Program-made: the position numbers and the translations under genes
Assembly: GCA_038087875.1 (NCBI GenBank)
Contig: CM075988.1
Location: forward strand, 124,001 to 188,000
DNA: 64,000 nt
From: Malacoraja senta
Lineage: Eukaryota
Reading direction: 5' to 3'
The notes under the pieces: model-generated
The model's input: only the letters and a program-made list of their open reading frames with translations
Told to the model about the DNA's origin: nothing
Database searches by the model: none
Shown here: one piece after another, positions 12,033-23,719 of the stretch
Layout: every line of letters starts with the position of its first letter
Numbering within the stretch: the stretch's first letter is position 1

Positions 12033-14905
12033 ACATAGAAACATAGAAACATAGAAAATAGGTGCAGGAGTAGGCCATTCGGCCCTTCGAGCCTGCACCG
12101 CCATTCAATATGATCATGGCTGATCATCCAACTCAGTATCCCGTACCTGCCTTCTCTCCATACCCCCTGATCCCTTTATCCACAAGGGCCACATCTAACT
12201 CCCTCTTAAATATAGCCAATGAACTGGCCTCAACTACCTTCTGTGGCAGAGAATTCAGAGATTCACCACTTTCTGTGTGAAAAATGTCTTTCTCATCTCG
12301 GTCCTAAAAGACTTCCCCCTTATCCTTAAACTGTGACCCCTTGTTCTGGACTTCCCCAACATCGGGAACAATCTTCCTGTATCTAGCCTGTCCAAACCCT
12401 TAAGAATTTGTAAGTTTCTATAATATCCCCCCTCAATCTTTTAAATCCTAGCGAGTACAAACCGAGTCTATCCAGTCTTTCTTCATATGAAAGTCCTGAC
12501 ATCCCAGGAATCAGTCTGGTGAACCTTCTCTGCACTCCCTCTATGGCAAGAATGTCTTTCCTCAGATTAGGAGACCAAAACTGTATGCAATACTCCAGGT
12601 GTGGTCTCACCAAGACCCTGTACAACTGCAGTAGAAACTCCCTGCTCCTATACTCAAATCATTTTGCTATGAATGCTAACATACCATTCGCTTTTTTCAC
12701 TGCCTGCTGCACCTGCATGCCTACTTTCATTGACTGGTGTACCATGACACCCAGGTCTCGTTGCATCTCCCCTTTTCCTAATCGGCCACCGTTCAGATAA
12801 TAGTCTACTTTCCTGTTTTTGCCACCAAAGTGGATAACCTCACATTTATCCACATTACACTTCATCTGCCATGCATTTGCCCACTCACCCCAGCCTATCC
12901 AAGTCACCTTGCAGCCTCCGAGCATCCCCCTCACAGCTAACACTGCCCCCCAGCTTCGTGTCATCCGCAAACTTGGAGATGTTGCATTCAATTCCCTCGT
13001 CCAAATCATTAATATATATCGTAAATAGCTGGGGTCCCAGCACTGAGCCTTGCGGTACCCCACTAGTCACTGCCTGCCATTGTGAAAAGGACCCGTTTAC
13101 TCCTACTCTTTGCTTCCTGTCTGCCAGCCAGTTCTCTATCCACATCAATACTGAACCCCCAATACCGTGTGCTTTAAGTTTGTATACTAATCTCTTATGT
13201 GGTACCTTGTCGAAAGCCTTCTGAAAGTCCAGATATAACACATCCACTGGTTTTCCCTTATCCACTCTACTAGTTACATCCTCGAAAAATTCTATAAGAT
13301 TCGTCAGACATGATTTACCTTTCATAAATCCATGCTGACTTTGTCCAATGATTTCACCTCTTTCCAAATGTGCTGCTATCCCATCTTTAATAACTGATTC
13401 TAGCAGTTTCCCCACTACCGACGTTAGACTAACACGTCTGTAATTCCCTGTTTTCTCTCTCCCTCCCTTTTTAAAAAGTGGGTTACATTAGCTACCCTCC
13501 AATCCTCAGGAACTACTCCAGAATCTAAAGAGTTATGAAAAATTATCATTAATACATCCACTATTTCTGGGGCTACTTCCTCAAGTACTCTGGGATGCAG
13601 CCCATCTGGCCCTGGGGTTTTATCGGCCTTTAATCCATTCAATTTACCTAACACCACTTCCCGGCTAACCTGGATTTCACTCAGTTCCTCCATCTCATTT
13701 GACCCCCGGTCCCCTGCTATTTCCGGCAGATTATTTATGTCTTCCTTAGTGAAGACAGAACCAAAGTAGTTATTCAATTGGTCTGCCATGTCCTTGTTCC
13801 CCATGATCAATTCACCTGTTTCTGACTGCAAGGGACCTACAATTGTTTTAACTAATCTTTTTCTCTTCACATATCTACAAAAGCTTTTGCAGTCAGTTTT
13901 TATGTTCCCTGCCAGTTTTCTTTCATAATCTATTTTCCCTTTCCTAATTAAGCCCTTTGTCCTCCTCTGCTGGACTCTGAATTTCTCCCAGTCCTCTGGT
14001 ATGCTGCTCTTTCTGGCTAATTTGTACGCATCATCTTTTGCTTTGATACTATCCCTGATTTCCCTTGTTATCCACGGATGCACAACCTTCCCTGATTTAT
14101 TCTTTTGCCAAACTGGGATGAACAATTTTTGTAGTTCATTGATGCAGTCTTTAAATGCCTTCCATTGCATATCCACCGTCAACCCTTTTAGAATTAATTG
14201 CCAGTCTATCTTGGCCAATTCACTTCTCATACCCTCAAAGTTACCTTTCTTTACGTTCAGGACCGTTGTTTCTGAATTAACAATGTCACTCTCCATCCTA
14301 ATGAAGAACTCAACCATATTATGGTCACTCTTGCCCAAGGGGCCACGCACAACAAGACTGCTAATTAACCCTTTCTCATTACTCAATACCCAGTCTAGAA
14401 TAGCCTGCCCTCTCGTTGGTTCCTCTACATGTTGGTTTAGAAAACTATCCCGCATACATTCCAAGAAATCCTCTTCCTCAGCACCCCTGCCAATTTGATT
14501 CACCCAATCTATATGTAGATTGAAGTCACCCATTATAACTGTTTTACCTTTATTGCACGCATTTCTAATTTCCTGTTTGATGCCATCCCCAACTCCACTA
14601 CTACTGTTAGGTGACCTGTACACAACTCCCACTAGCGTTTTCTGCCCCTTAGTGTTTCGCAGCTCTACCCATATGGATTCCACATCCTCCAAGCTAATGT
14701 CCTTCCTTTCTATTGCGTTAATCTTCTCTCTAACCAGCAACGCTACCCCACCTCCTTTCCCTTTCTGTCTATCCCTCCTGAATATTGAATATCCCTGGAT
14801 GTTCAGCTCCCAGCCTTGGTCACCCTGGAGCCATGTCTCCGCGATCCCAACTATATCATAGTCATTAATAACTATCTGCACATTCATTAATAGTTATCAG
14901 CACAT
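12033..14905 (-). mobile_element. CR1 LINE, 5'-truncated ORF2, copy 2 (apparently chimeric)
   Basis: ORFs 13424-14887, 12885-13415, 12659-13063 and 12383-12625 carry APE and RT motifs (FADD). It has the same 5' truncation junction as copy 1 and the same 3' flank as copy 3. Confidence 0.95.
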
Positions 14906-15683
14906 CAGCTATGAGGACCCACAATCCTGTTTATATCAATGAGTCGACGGTGGAGTCAAAAACTTCAAATTCCTGGGCGTGCATATTTCCGAAGATCTTT
15001 CCTGGTCCCAGCACACGGATGCCATCATAAAGCAAGCACATCAGCGCCTCTACTTCCTGAGAAGATTACGGAGATTCGGCATGTCAAAGAGGACTCTCTC
15101 TAACTTCTACAGGTGCATGGTAGAGAGCAAGCTGACTGGTCGCATCATGGCCTGGTTCGGCAACTTGAACGTCCAGGAGCGGAAAAGACGGCAAAAAGTT
15201 GTGACCACTGCCCAGTCCATCACCGGCTCTGACCTCCCCACCGTCGAAGGGATCTATCATAGTCGCTGCCCCAAAAAGGCAGCCAACATCATCAGAGACC
15301 CACACCATTCTGGCCACACACTCATCTCACCCCTGCCATCGGGAAGAAGGTACAGGAGCCCGAAAACTGTAACGTCCAGGTTCAAGAACAGCTTCTTCCC
15401 TACAGCCATCAGGCTATTAAACATGACAATGAATAAGCTCTGAAATACAATAGACTCTTATTATTATTATTATTATTACACTATTATTGTCTGTTATTTG
15501 AGTATGTGTGTATGTGTGTGTGTGTATGTATATATATTGTGAGCATGTGTGAATACACACTGAACAGGTTTTTTTCCCTCTCTCGTTTATACCATACTAT
15601 GTTTACATATTCTGTTGTGCTGCAGCAAGTAAGAATTTCATTGATCTATCTGGGACCTGACAATAAAACACTATTGACTCTTG
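14906..15683 (+). mobile_element. Rex1/Babar-type LINE 3' fragment, copy 2
   Basis: ORF 14979-15443: HISEDLSWSQHTDAIIKQAHQRLYFLRRLRRFG...RFKNSFFPTAIRLLN. Confidence 0.85.
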
Positions 15684-15947
15684 AAACCAGCACCTTCAGT
15701 TCCATCCAAACTAACCACTTGGTGGGGAATCATCAGCTGGCAGCTCCATCTGGTGTCGACGCAAGGAACGGCAGATGCAGAGGTTTATACAATATGTGTA
15801 GGAAGGAACTGCAGATGCTGGTTTAAACCAAAGATAGACAGAGGGTGTTGCACAACTCTCGTCGGAGAGAGGAGGAGAACCTCTTCAAAGTAGACATACC
15901 TTGAGGAGATTTCGCAGTGGAGCGGACAAAATGTGTAGGAAGGAACT

Positions 15948-16580
15948 GCAAGAGGATTTGGGTATAGGAGCAGGGAGGTTCTACTGCAGTTGTACAGGGT
16001 CTTGGTGAGACCACACCTGGAGTATTGCGTACAGTTTTGGTCTCCAAATCTGAGGAAGGACATTATAGCCATAGAGGGAGTGCAGAGAAGGTTCACCAGA
16101 CTGATTCCTGGGATGTCAGGACTTTCATATGAAGAAAGACTGGATAGACTCGGCTTATACTCGCTAGAATTTAGGAGATTGAGAGGGGATCTGATAGAAA
16201 CGTACAAAATTCTTATGGGGTTGGACAGGCTAGATGCAGGAAGATTGTTCCCGATGTTGGGGAAGTCCAGGACAAGAGGTCACAGCTTAAGGATAAGGGG
16301 GAAATCCTTTAAGACCGAGATGAGGAAAAACATTTTCACACAGAGAGTGGTGAATCTCTGGAACTCTCTGCCACAGAAGGTAGTTGAGGCCAGTTCATTG
16401 GCTGTATTTAAGAGGGAGTTAGATGTGGCCCTTGTGGCTAAAGGGATCAGGGGGTATGGAGAGAAGGCAGGTACGGGATACTGTTGGATGATGAGCCATG
16501 ATCATATTGAATGGTGGTGCAGGCTTGAAGGGCCGAATGGCCTACTCCTGCACCTATTTTCTATGTATCTATGTATCTAT
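15948..16580 (+). mobile_element. CR1 3' fragment (duplicate of 9072-9707)
   Basis: ORF 15990-16595 is a CR1 ORF2 C-terminus. Confidence 0.9.
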
Positions 16581-17243
16581 GTTTGTTCTCTCTGACATCA
16601 GTCTGAAGAAGGGTCTCGACCCGAAATGTCACCAGAGACGCTGCCTGTCCCGCTGAGATACTCCAGCTTTTTGTGTCTATCTTCGGTTTATACAAAATAG
16701 TCTCTTAAACGCCACTACCGTATCTGCCCCCACCACCACCCCTGGCAGCGTGTTCCAGGCACCCACCACCCTCTGTGTAAAAAACTTGCACTCAATTTTG
16801 AAAAGCTAAATTTTTCACTGCATCTCGGTACACCTGACTATATTAAACCAGTCCCAATATTAGTGATGATATCCCCTGACTCCGCTATCTTTAAGAGCCC
16901 TATCTTGCTCTCTCTTGAAGGCATCCAGAGAACCGGCCTCCACCGCCCTCTGAGGCAGAGAATTCCACAGACTCACCACTCTCTGTGTGACAAAGTGATT
17001 ACACCAGCACTATCCTACACACACAAGGGGCATTTTACAATTTTACCAAAGCCAATTAACCTACACACCTGTATGTCTTTGGAGTGTGGAAGGAAACGTG
17101 GAGCACCCGGAGAAACATCGCGCAGGTCACGGGGAGAACGTACAAACTCCGTACGGACAACGCCCGTAATCAGGATCGAACCTGGGGTCTCTGGGGCTGT
17201 GAGGCAGCAACGCGACCGCTGCACCACTCTGCTGCCCTTGTTA

Positions 17244-17679
17244 AGGGGCTGTCCCACTTGGGTGACCTAATCCGCGAGTTCTGGCGAGTTTGCCCTCGAC
17301 TCATACTCGCAGCATGGTCGACACGAGGTCCTAGGAGGTCTTCGTAACTCTCCTTCATGCTCGAGAGTGGTCCCGGCGTACTCGAGGCCTCAGCTAGGCC
17401 GTGGCGTATTTTTCAACATGTTGAAAAATGCCCGCGAGTTATAAAAAGGTCGCCCTGGAAAAAATCAATACTTTTTTTTACTCGTGGGTTTAGTCGAGGT
17501 AGGTCGTAGTAGGTCGGCATGTTGGTCCTAGGTAATCGAGGGAAGTCGAAGGTGGTCGAAGGTAGCTAGTCTTCAACATAGTCGAAGGAGGTCGAAGGAG
17601 GTCTTCAACATGACATTTTTTCAAACTCTCCTGAACTCTTCTAAACTCGCCAATTAGGTTGCCCAAGTGGGACAGCCCT
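17244..17679. mobile_element. Harbinger-like MITE (duplicate of 10375-10808)
   Basis: Same TIRs and same flanks. Confidence 0.8.
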
Positions 17680-18758
17680 ATACCATAGATTTTGGCTCAA
17701 CAGTGGGGAGAGAGCTCCCCCTGCTGCCACTGACTGGTATCTCTGAAGGTAGACAAAAATGCTGGAGAAACTCAGCGGGTGAGGCAGCATCTACGGAGCG
17801 AAGGAAATAGGCAACGTTTCGGGTCGAAACCCTTCTTCCTTCTTCCTTCTTCCTTCTCACAGTTCCTTCTTAAACAACTAGTATCTCTGAATTCACAGAC
17901 AACAATAAAAGGCATTCATGGCGTCGCAGTGTTTAAGAAAGAACTGCAGATGCTGGAACAATCGAAGGAAGACAAAAATGCTGGAGGAACTCAGTGGGTG
18001 AGGCAGCATCTATGAAGCGAAGGGATTGCTCCATAGATGCTGCCTCACCCGCTGAGCTTCACCAGCATTTTTGTCGACCATGGAGTCACACGCCCGTGCC
18101 GACCCATGTTGTCTTTCAGGGCAGCATCCTGAATCGCTCATTCTCCATCTCACCAACGCCCCACTGCCCTTCTATAAACCTCTGGATATCAAGTCAGTAG
18201 GTTAGCATATGATGAGCGTTTGTCGGCACTGGGCCTGTACTCGCTGGAGTTTAGAAGGGTGAGGGGGGACCTCATTGAAATGTACAGAATAATGAAAGGC
18301 CTGGATAGAGTGGATGTGGAGAGGATGTTTCCACTAGTGGGAGAGTCTAGGATTAGAGGTCACAGCCTCAGAATTAAAGGATGTTCTTGTAGGAAGGAGA
18401 TGAGGAGGAATTTCTTTAGTCAGAGGGTGGTGAATCTGTGGGATTCATTGCCGCAGAAGGCTGTGGAGGCCAAGTCAGTGGATACTTTTTAAGGCAGAGA
18501 TAGATAGATTGTTGATCAGTACAGGTGTCAGAGGTTATGGGGAGAAGGCAGGAGAATGGGGTTAGGAGGGAGAGATAGATCAGCCACGATTGAATGGCGT
18601 AGACTTGATGGGCCGAATGGCCTAATTCTCCTCTGATCACTTATTACTTTATGATCTTATGACAGGATAAGGAGGATATGGGCAAAAAACAAGCCTGTTT
18701 CCACGCTGTATCACTCTGTAGGAGCAAGGAACGGCAGACACTGGTTTACACAATAGTA

Positions 18759-18923
18759 CACAGAGTGCTGGAGTAACTCAGCGGGTCAGGCAGCATCTGT
18801 GGAGAACATGGATAGGTGACGTTTCACAGAGTGCTGGAGTAACTCAGCGGGTCAGGCAGCATCTGTGGAGAACATGGATAGGTGACGTTTCACAGAGTGC
18901 TGGAGTAACTCAGCGGGTCAGGC
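18759..18923. repeat. 66-bp tandem repeat derived from Penelope-like termini (continues 19736-19815)
   Basis: CACAGAGTGCTGGAGTAACTCAGCGGGTCAGGCAGCATCTGTGGAGAACATGGATAGGTGACGTTT starts at 18759, 18825 and 18891. It has fewer units at about 11929-12032. Confidence 0.85.
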
Positions 18924-19738
18924 AACATAGAAACATAGAAACATAGAAAATAGGTGCAGGAGTAGGCCATTCGGCCCTTCGAGCCTGCACCGCCATTCAA
19001 TATGATCATGGCTGATCATCCAACTCAGTATCCCGTACCTGCCTTCTCTCCATACCCCCTGATCCCTTTAGCCACAAGGGCCACATCTAACTCCCTCTTA
19101 AATATAGTCAATGAACTGGCCTCAACTACCTTCTGTGGCAGAGAATTCCAGAGATTCACCACTCTCTGTGTGAAAAATGTTTTAATCATCTCGGTCCTAA
19201 AAGACTTCCCCCTTATCCTTAAACTGTGACCCCTTGTTCTGGACTTCCCCAACATCGGGAACAATCTTCCTGTATCTAGCCTGTCCAACCCCTTAAGAAT
19301 TTTGTAAGTTTCTATAAGATCCCCCCTCAATCTTTTAAATTCTAGCGAGTACAAGCCGAGTCTATCCAGTCTTTCTTCATATGAAAGTCCTGACATCTCA
19401 GGAATCAGTCTGGTGAACCTTCTCTGTACTCCCTCTATGGCAAGAATGTATTTCCTCAGATTAGGAGACCAAAACTGTACGCAATACTCCAGGTGTGGTC
19501 TCACCAAGACCATGTACAACTGCAGTAGAACCTCCCTGCTCCTATACTCAAATCCTTTTGCAATGAATGCTAACATACCATTCACTTTCTTCACTGCCTG
19601 CTGCACCTGCATGCCTACTTTCAATGACTGGTGTACCATGACACCCAGGTCTCGTTGCATCTCCCCTTTTCCTAATCGGCCACCATTCAGATAATAGTCT
19701 ACTTTCCTGTTTTTGCCACCAAAGTGGATAACCTCACA
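18924..19738 (-). mobile_element. CR1 3' fragment, copy 3 (about 815 bp), inserted in the 66-bp repeat
   Basis: ORF 19025-19660. The flanks rejoin as ggtcaggca|catctgtggagaac. Confidence 0.93.
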
Positions 19739-20139
19739 TCTGTGGAGAACACAGATAGGTGACGTTACACAGAGTGCTGGAGTAACTCAGCGGGACAGGC
19801 AGCATCTGTGGAGAGAAGGAATGAGTGACAATTCAGGTCTAGACCTTTCTTCAGACTGAGTGGAAAGGGAGACGCAGAGACATGGAAGGGTAAGGTGTGA
19901 AAATGAGAGATCAAAGGGGACAAAGCTCAAGGATAATGTAGAGTAGATAATTGTTAGCTAGGGTCGATACAAAATGCTGTTAGCTAGGAGAAGGTGACAA
20001 TGAAGCATAAAGTCTGAAGTTTGAAGAAGGGTCTCGACCCAAAACGTCACGCATTCCTTCCCTCCAGAGACGCCGCCTGTCCCGCTGAGTTACTCCAGCA
20101 TTTTATGTCTATCCTGGTTAAAAATTTAACCAGGAGGAC

Positions 20140-20870
20140 AGTCAGACTGGTGGGAGAACATGACCGGGGGAGAGGGTGGAGGGAGAGGGAAAGCAAGGGC
20201 TATTTGAAGTTAGAGAAGTCAATGTTCACACCGCTGGGGTGTAAACTACCCAAGTGAAATATGAGGTGCTGTTCCTCCAATTTGCGCTGGGCCTCACTCT
20301 GACAATGGAGGAGGCCCAGGACAGGAAGGTCAGATTGGGAATGGGAGGGGCAGTTAAAGTGCTGAGCAACCGGGAGATCAGGTAGGTTAAGGGGGACTGA
20401 GCGGAGGTGTTGAGCGAAACGATCGCGGAGCCTGCGCTTGGTCTCGCCGATGTACAGGAGTCCCCACCAAGAACAGCGGATGCAGTAGATGAGGTTGGAG
20501 GAGGTGCAGGTGAACCTCTGCCTAACCTGAAAGGACTGTCGGGGTCCCTGGACAGAGTCGAGGGGGGAGGTATAGCGACAGGTGTTGCATCTCCTGCGGT
20601 TGCAGGGGAGGGTGCCAGCGGAGGGGATGGTTCGAGTGGGAAGGGCTCAGTTGACCAGGGAGTTGCGGAGGCAACGGTCCCTGCGGAAGGCGGAAAGGGG
20701 TGGAGATGAGAAGATGTGGGTGGTGGTGGGATCCCGTTGGAGGTGGCGAAAATGTCAGTGGATTATATGCTGTATGCGACGGCTGACGGGGTGGAAGGTG
20801 AGGACAAGGGGGGACTCTGTTCCTGTTGTGACTGGGGGGAGGGGGTAGGGGGAGAAAGAGCGGAGCTGCG
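20140..20870 (-). mobile_element. Penelope-like retroelement, GIY-YIG endonuclease C-terminal fragment
   Basis: Hand translation of the minus strand gives QSFQVRQRFTCTSSNLIYCIRCSWWGLLYIGETKRRLRDRFAQHLR...VAQHFN...RKLEEQHLIFHLGSLHPSGVNIDFSNFK*, with the stop at 20200-20202. Adjacent to hammerhead-like terminal units (19827-19860, about 20021-20050). Confidence 0.88.
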
Positions 20871-20923
20871 GGGTACGGAGGAGTACCGCACTTTCCAATG
20901 GGTTTGTTCCCATTTATAGACAA

Positions 20924-21646
20924 CTAGACTAAGCGGGACTCCAGTCACACGGGAGGTCTGGTCCCCCAATGCAACCCGTTCCCCAATGCAATATTCCACC
21001 ATGGTGGGGGAGGGGTGTGTGGGGTGTGGGGAGGTGAGGGTGTGGGGGAGGGGGGGTGTGGGAGGGAGGTGTGGGGGAGGGTGTGTGTGTGTGGGGGAGG
21101 GGGTGGGAGGGAGGGGCTGTGGGGGTGTGTGGGAAAGGGTGGTGTGGGGGGTTGGGGGAGGAATGGGGAATGTGTAAAGGGGGTGGTGTGGGGGGAGGGG
21201 GCAGGGGGAGGGGGGAATGGTGAAGGGTGGTGTGTGGGGAGGAGGTGGAGGGGGCAGGTGTGGGGGTAGGGTGTGTGTGGGGGTAGGACTCCACTCAGCG
21301 GCCAACAGCCGCGGCACCACTCAGCACCTCGCAACTCCACACAGCGGCTTTCCTGACTCCACTCTTGCAGACTCAATCAGCATGGCTAGTTTTCTCAGCC
21401 CCGCCTCCGGGGATTTATTCTCCAGCGGGTGCCGGAAGGGGCATTACCTTCATGGTGGATGACAGGCGAGAAGACCAATCTGCTGATCTCACAATTTTTT
21501 AAACCTTCGTAACAAAACTTGGTGTCTTGGAGTAGAGGAGAACGGTGAGTAAGGTGGCGAAAAAATCCTAGTGATATAGGGTTGCGTTTTTGCGCAAATG
21601 TAATTACAACGCAGACCGGAAGTGAGAGTTTTAGTAATAGTGTAGA
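20924..21646 (-). mobile_element. Non-autonomous Helitron, minus strand
   Basis: The minus strand starts A|TCTACACTATTACTAAAA (21646) and ends ...CTTAGTCTAG|T (20924). Both ends are homologous to the + strand element at 21658-23066. The 3' hairpin is degraded. Confidence 0.72.
21001..21283 (+). repeat. G-rich low-complexity tract (G4-prone) inside the Helitron
   Basis: Dense GGGG(G) runs separated by TGT or A. Confidence 0.9.
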
Positions 21647-21657
21647 TAGATGGACAA

Positions 21658-23066
21658 TCTATATAACTAAAAGTCTCATCTTGACCACTTCCAGTCTGTG
21701 CTGTATATTGATTTTAGAAAAAACGCTACCATATATCACTATAATTTTTAGCCATCTTACTCACAGTCCTCCTCCGCTGAGGCAGCCCCGAGGATTTTTC
21801 CGATCGATGAAAAATAAAAACGTTATGAATGTTTAAAACATTTTGAGATTAGCTGATTGGTCCTCTCGCCTGTCAATCACCATGGTGAAGGTAATGGGGG
21901 GGGGGGGGGCAGGACTAGAAAACCCCGGATGCCTGGACGTGAATCAGTCACTTTGGAAGATCGCGGGGGAGAGGCCACAACTTTGATTCTGCTGTGAGTC
22001 TACTGAACTGTGAGTCTACTGAACTGTGAGTCTACCGAACGGTGAGTCTACCTTTTATGTGCTTTATGTGGTTATGTGCTTTATGTGCTAATCTGAGGAA
22101 AGACATTCTTGCCATAGAGGGAGTACAGAGAAGGTTCACCAGACTGATTCCTGGGATGGCAGGACTTTCATATGAGGAAAGACTGGATAGACTCGGCTTG
22201 TACACGTTGGAATTCAGAAGACTGAGGGGGGATCTTATAGAAACTTACAAAATTCTTAAGGGGTTGGACAGGCTAGATGCAGGAAGATTATTACCGATGT
22301 TGGGGAAGTCCAGAACTAGGGGTCACAGTTTAAGGATAAGAGGGAAGACTTTTAGGACCGAGATGAGGAAATCATTTTTACACAGAGAGTGGTGAATCTG
22401 TGGAATTCCCTGCCACAGAAGGTAGTTGAGGCCAGTTCATTGTCTATATTTAAGAGGGAGTTAGATGTGGCTCTTGTGGCTAAAGGGATCAGGGGGTATG
22501 GAGAGAAGGCAGGGATGGGATACTGAGTTGGATGATCAGCCATGATCATATCAAATGGCGGTGCAGGCTCGAAGGGCCGAATGGCCTACTCCTGCACCTA
22601 TTTTCTATGTTTCTATGTTTCTATGTGGTTGCAATAAATGATTTGTTAGCCCTTAATGAAATGAAATGAGTTGTTTGGCCTGCCCTGTGCTTGAAATTGA
22701 AATGGAAATGAAATGAAATGAGTTGTTTGGCCTGCCCTGTGCTTTTGCTTTGCCTTTGCTTTGCTTGACCCCACCTGAAATGAAAGCAAATGGATTGTAT
22801 TGTTGGCTGGCCCGCCTTGACTTGACTTGAAATGGATTGACTTGACATGGAATGGATTGAAATGGATTGTTGGCCCTGCATTCACTGTGCTTGACTTGAC
22901 TTGAGCCACAACACCCACACTAGCACTCCAGAACACCCCCCACCCCCCACCCCCCACCACCGTCCACTGGCCACCAATATTGGAATTGGTGGAGAAGTGG
23001 AATATTGCGTTGGGGGACCAGCCCTCCCGTGTGAACCTGGGACCCAATGGGTCCCACTTAGTCTAG
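21658..23066 (+). mobile_element. Non-autonomous Helitron, plus strand, carrying a CR1 insertion and internal minisatellites
   Basis: 5' end A|TCTATATAACTAAAA. 3' palindrome GGGACCCA-A-TGGGTCCC 7 nt before CTAG|T. A|T target with no TSD. The empty site restores a (GACAATA)n CR1 tail. Internal 16-bp repeat CTGTGAGTCTACTGAA at about 21992-22050. Confidence 0.85.
22087..22625 (+). mobile_element. CR1 3' fragment nested in the Helitron
   Basis: Encodes NLRKDILAIEGVQRRFTRLIPG..., followed by the 3' UTR and (CTATGTTT)n. Confidence 0.9.
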
Positions 23067-23067
23067 T

Positions 23068-23676
23068 AGACAAAAGGTGCAGAAGTAGGCCATTTGGCCC
23101 TTCGAGCCAGCACCACCATTCAATGTGATCATGGCTGATCATCCCGTTCCTGCCCTCCCCATATCCCTTGACTCTGCGTTAAAGAAGGAACTGCAGATGC
23201 TGGAAAATCGAAGGTACACAAAAATGCTGGAGAAACTCAGCGGGTGCAGCAGCATCTATGGAGCGAAGGAAATAGGTAACGTTTCGGGCCGAAACCCTTC
23301 TTCAGACCCGAAACGTTACCTATTTCCTTCGCTCCATAGATGCTGCTGCACCCGCTGAGTTTCTCCAGCATTTTTGTGTACCTTCCCTTGACTCTGCTGT
23401 CTTTAAGAGCCCTATCTAGCTCTCTCTTGAAAGTATCCAGAGAACCGGCCTCCACCGCTCTCTGAGGCAGAGAATTCCACAGACTCACAACTCTCTGTGT
23501 GAAAAAATGTTTCCTCGTCTCCGTTTTAAATGGCTTCCCCCTTATTCTTAAACTGTGGCCCCTGGTTCTGGACTCCCCCGACATCGGGAACACGTTTCAG
23601 GCCTCTAGCGTGTCCAAACCCTTAATAATGTTATATGTTTCAATAAGATTTCCTCTCATCCTTCTAAACTCCAGAG
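23068..23676 (-). mobile_element. CR1 3' fragment interrupted by a Penelope-type fold-back insertion
   Basis: ORF 23237-23593 starts as CR1 (SRTRGHSLRI...FKRELDRAL). The flanks of 23178-23384 rejoin. Confidence 0.85.
23178..23385. mobile_element. Penelope-type inverted-terminus insertion: perfect 79-bp inverted repeat, hammerhead motif, 13-14 bp TSD
   Basis: Arms 23210-23288 and 23307-23385 are exact reverse complements. TSD (T)CCCTTGACTCTGC at 23164-23177 and 23384-23397. Confidence 0.85.
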
Positions 23677-23719
23677 TATTTGTCTGCATTTGGCCAGTTG
23701 CTCTTGAAACCCTTTCAAA

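Larger units (their letters stand above)
5036..19738. repeat. Tandem segmental duplication, unit about 6.85 kb (two units bounded by three CR1 copies)
   Basis: The same element order and junctions recur at offsets of about 6830-6890: 8042/14887, 10375/17244, 11583/18416 and 12033/18924. Confidence 0.95.

Noticed and set aside
5408..19694. Numerous short antisense and alternative-frame ORFs
   Set aside because: Shadows of CR1, Rex1, SINE and MITE sequence that recur with each repeat copy.
20763..21462. Pro/His/Thr-rich ORFs
   Set aside because: Translation of the G-rich tract inside the Helitron.
20923..23067. Single 2.1-kb TIR transposon
   Set aside because: The inverted ends are better explained as the 3' ends (hairpin + CTAG) of two opposed Helitrons, with two internal TC 5' ends and A|T targets.
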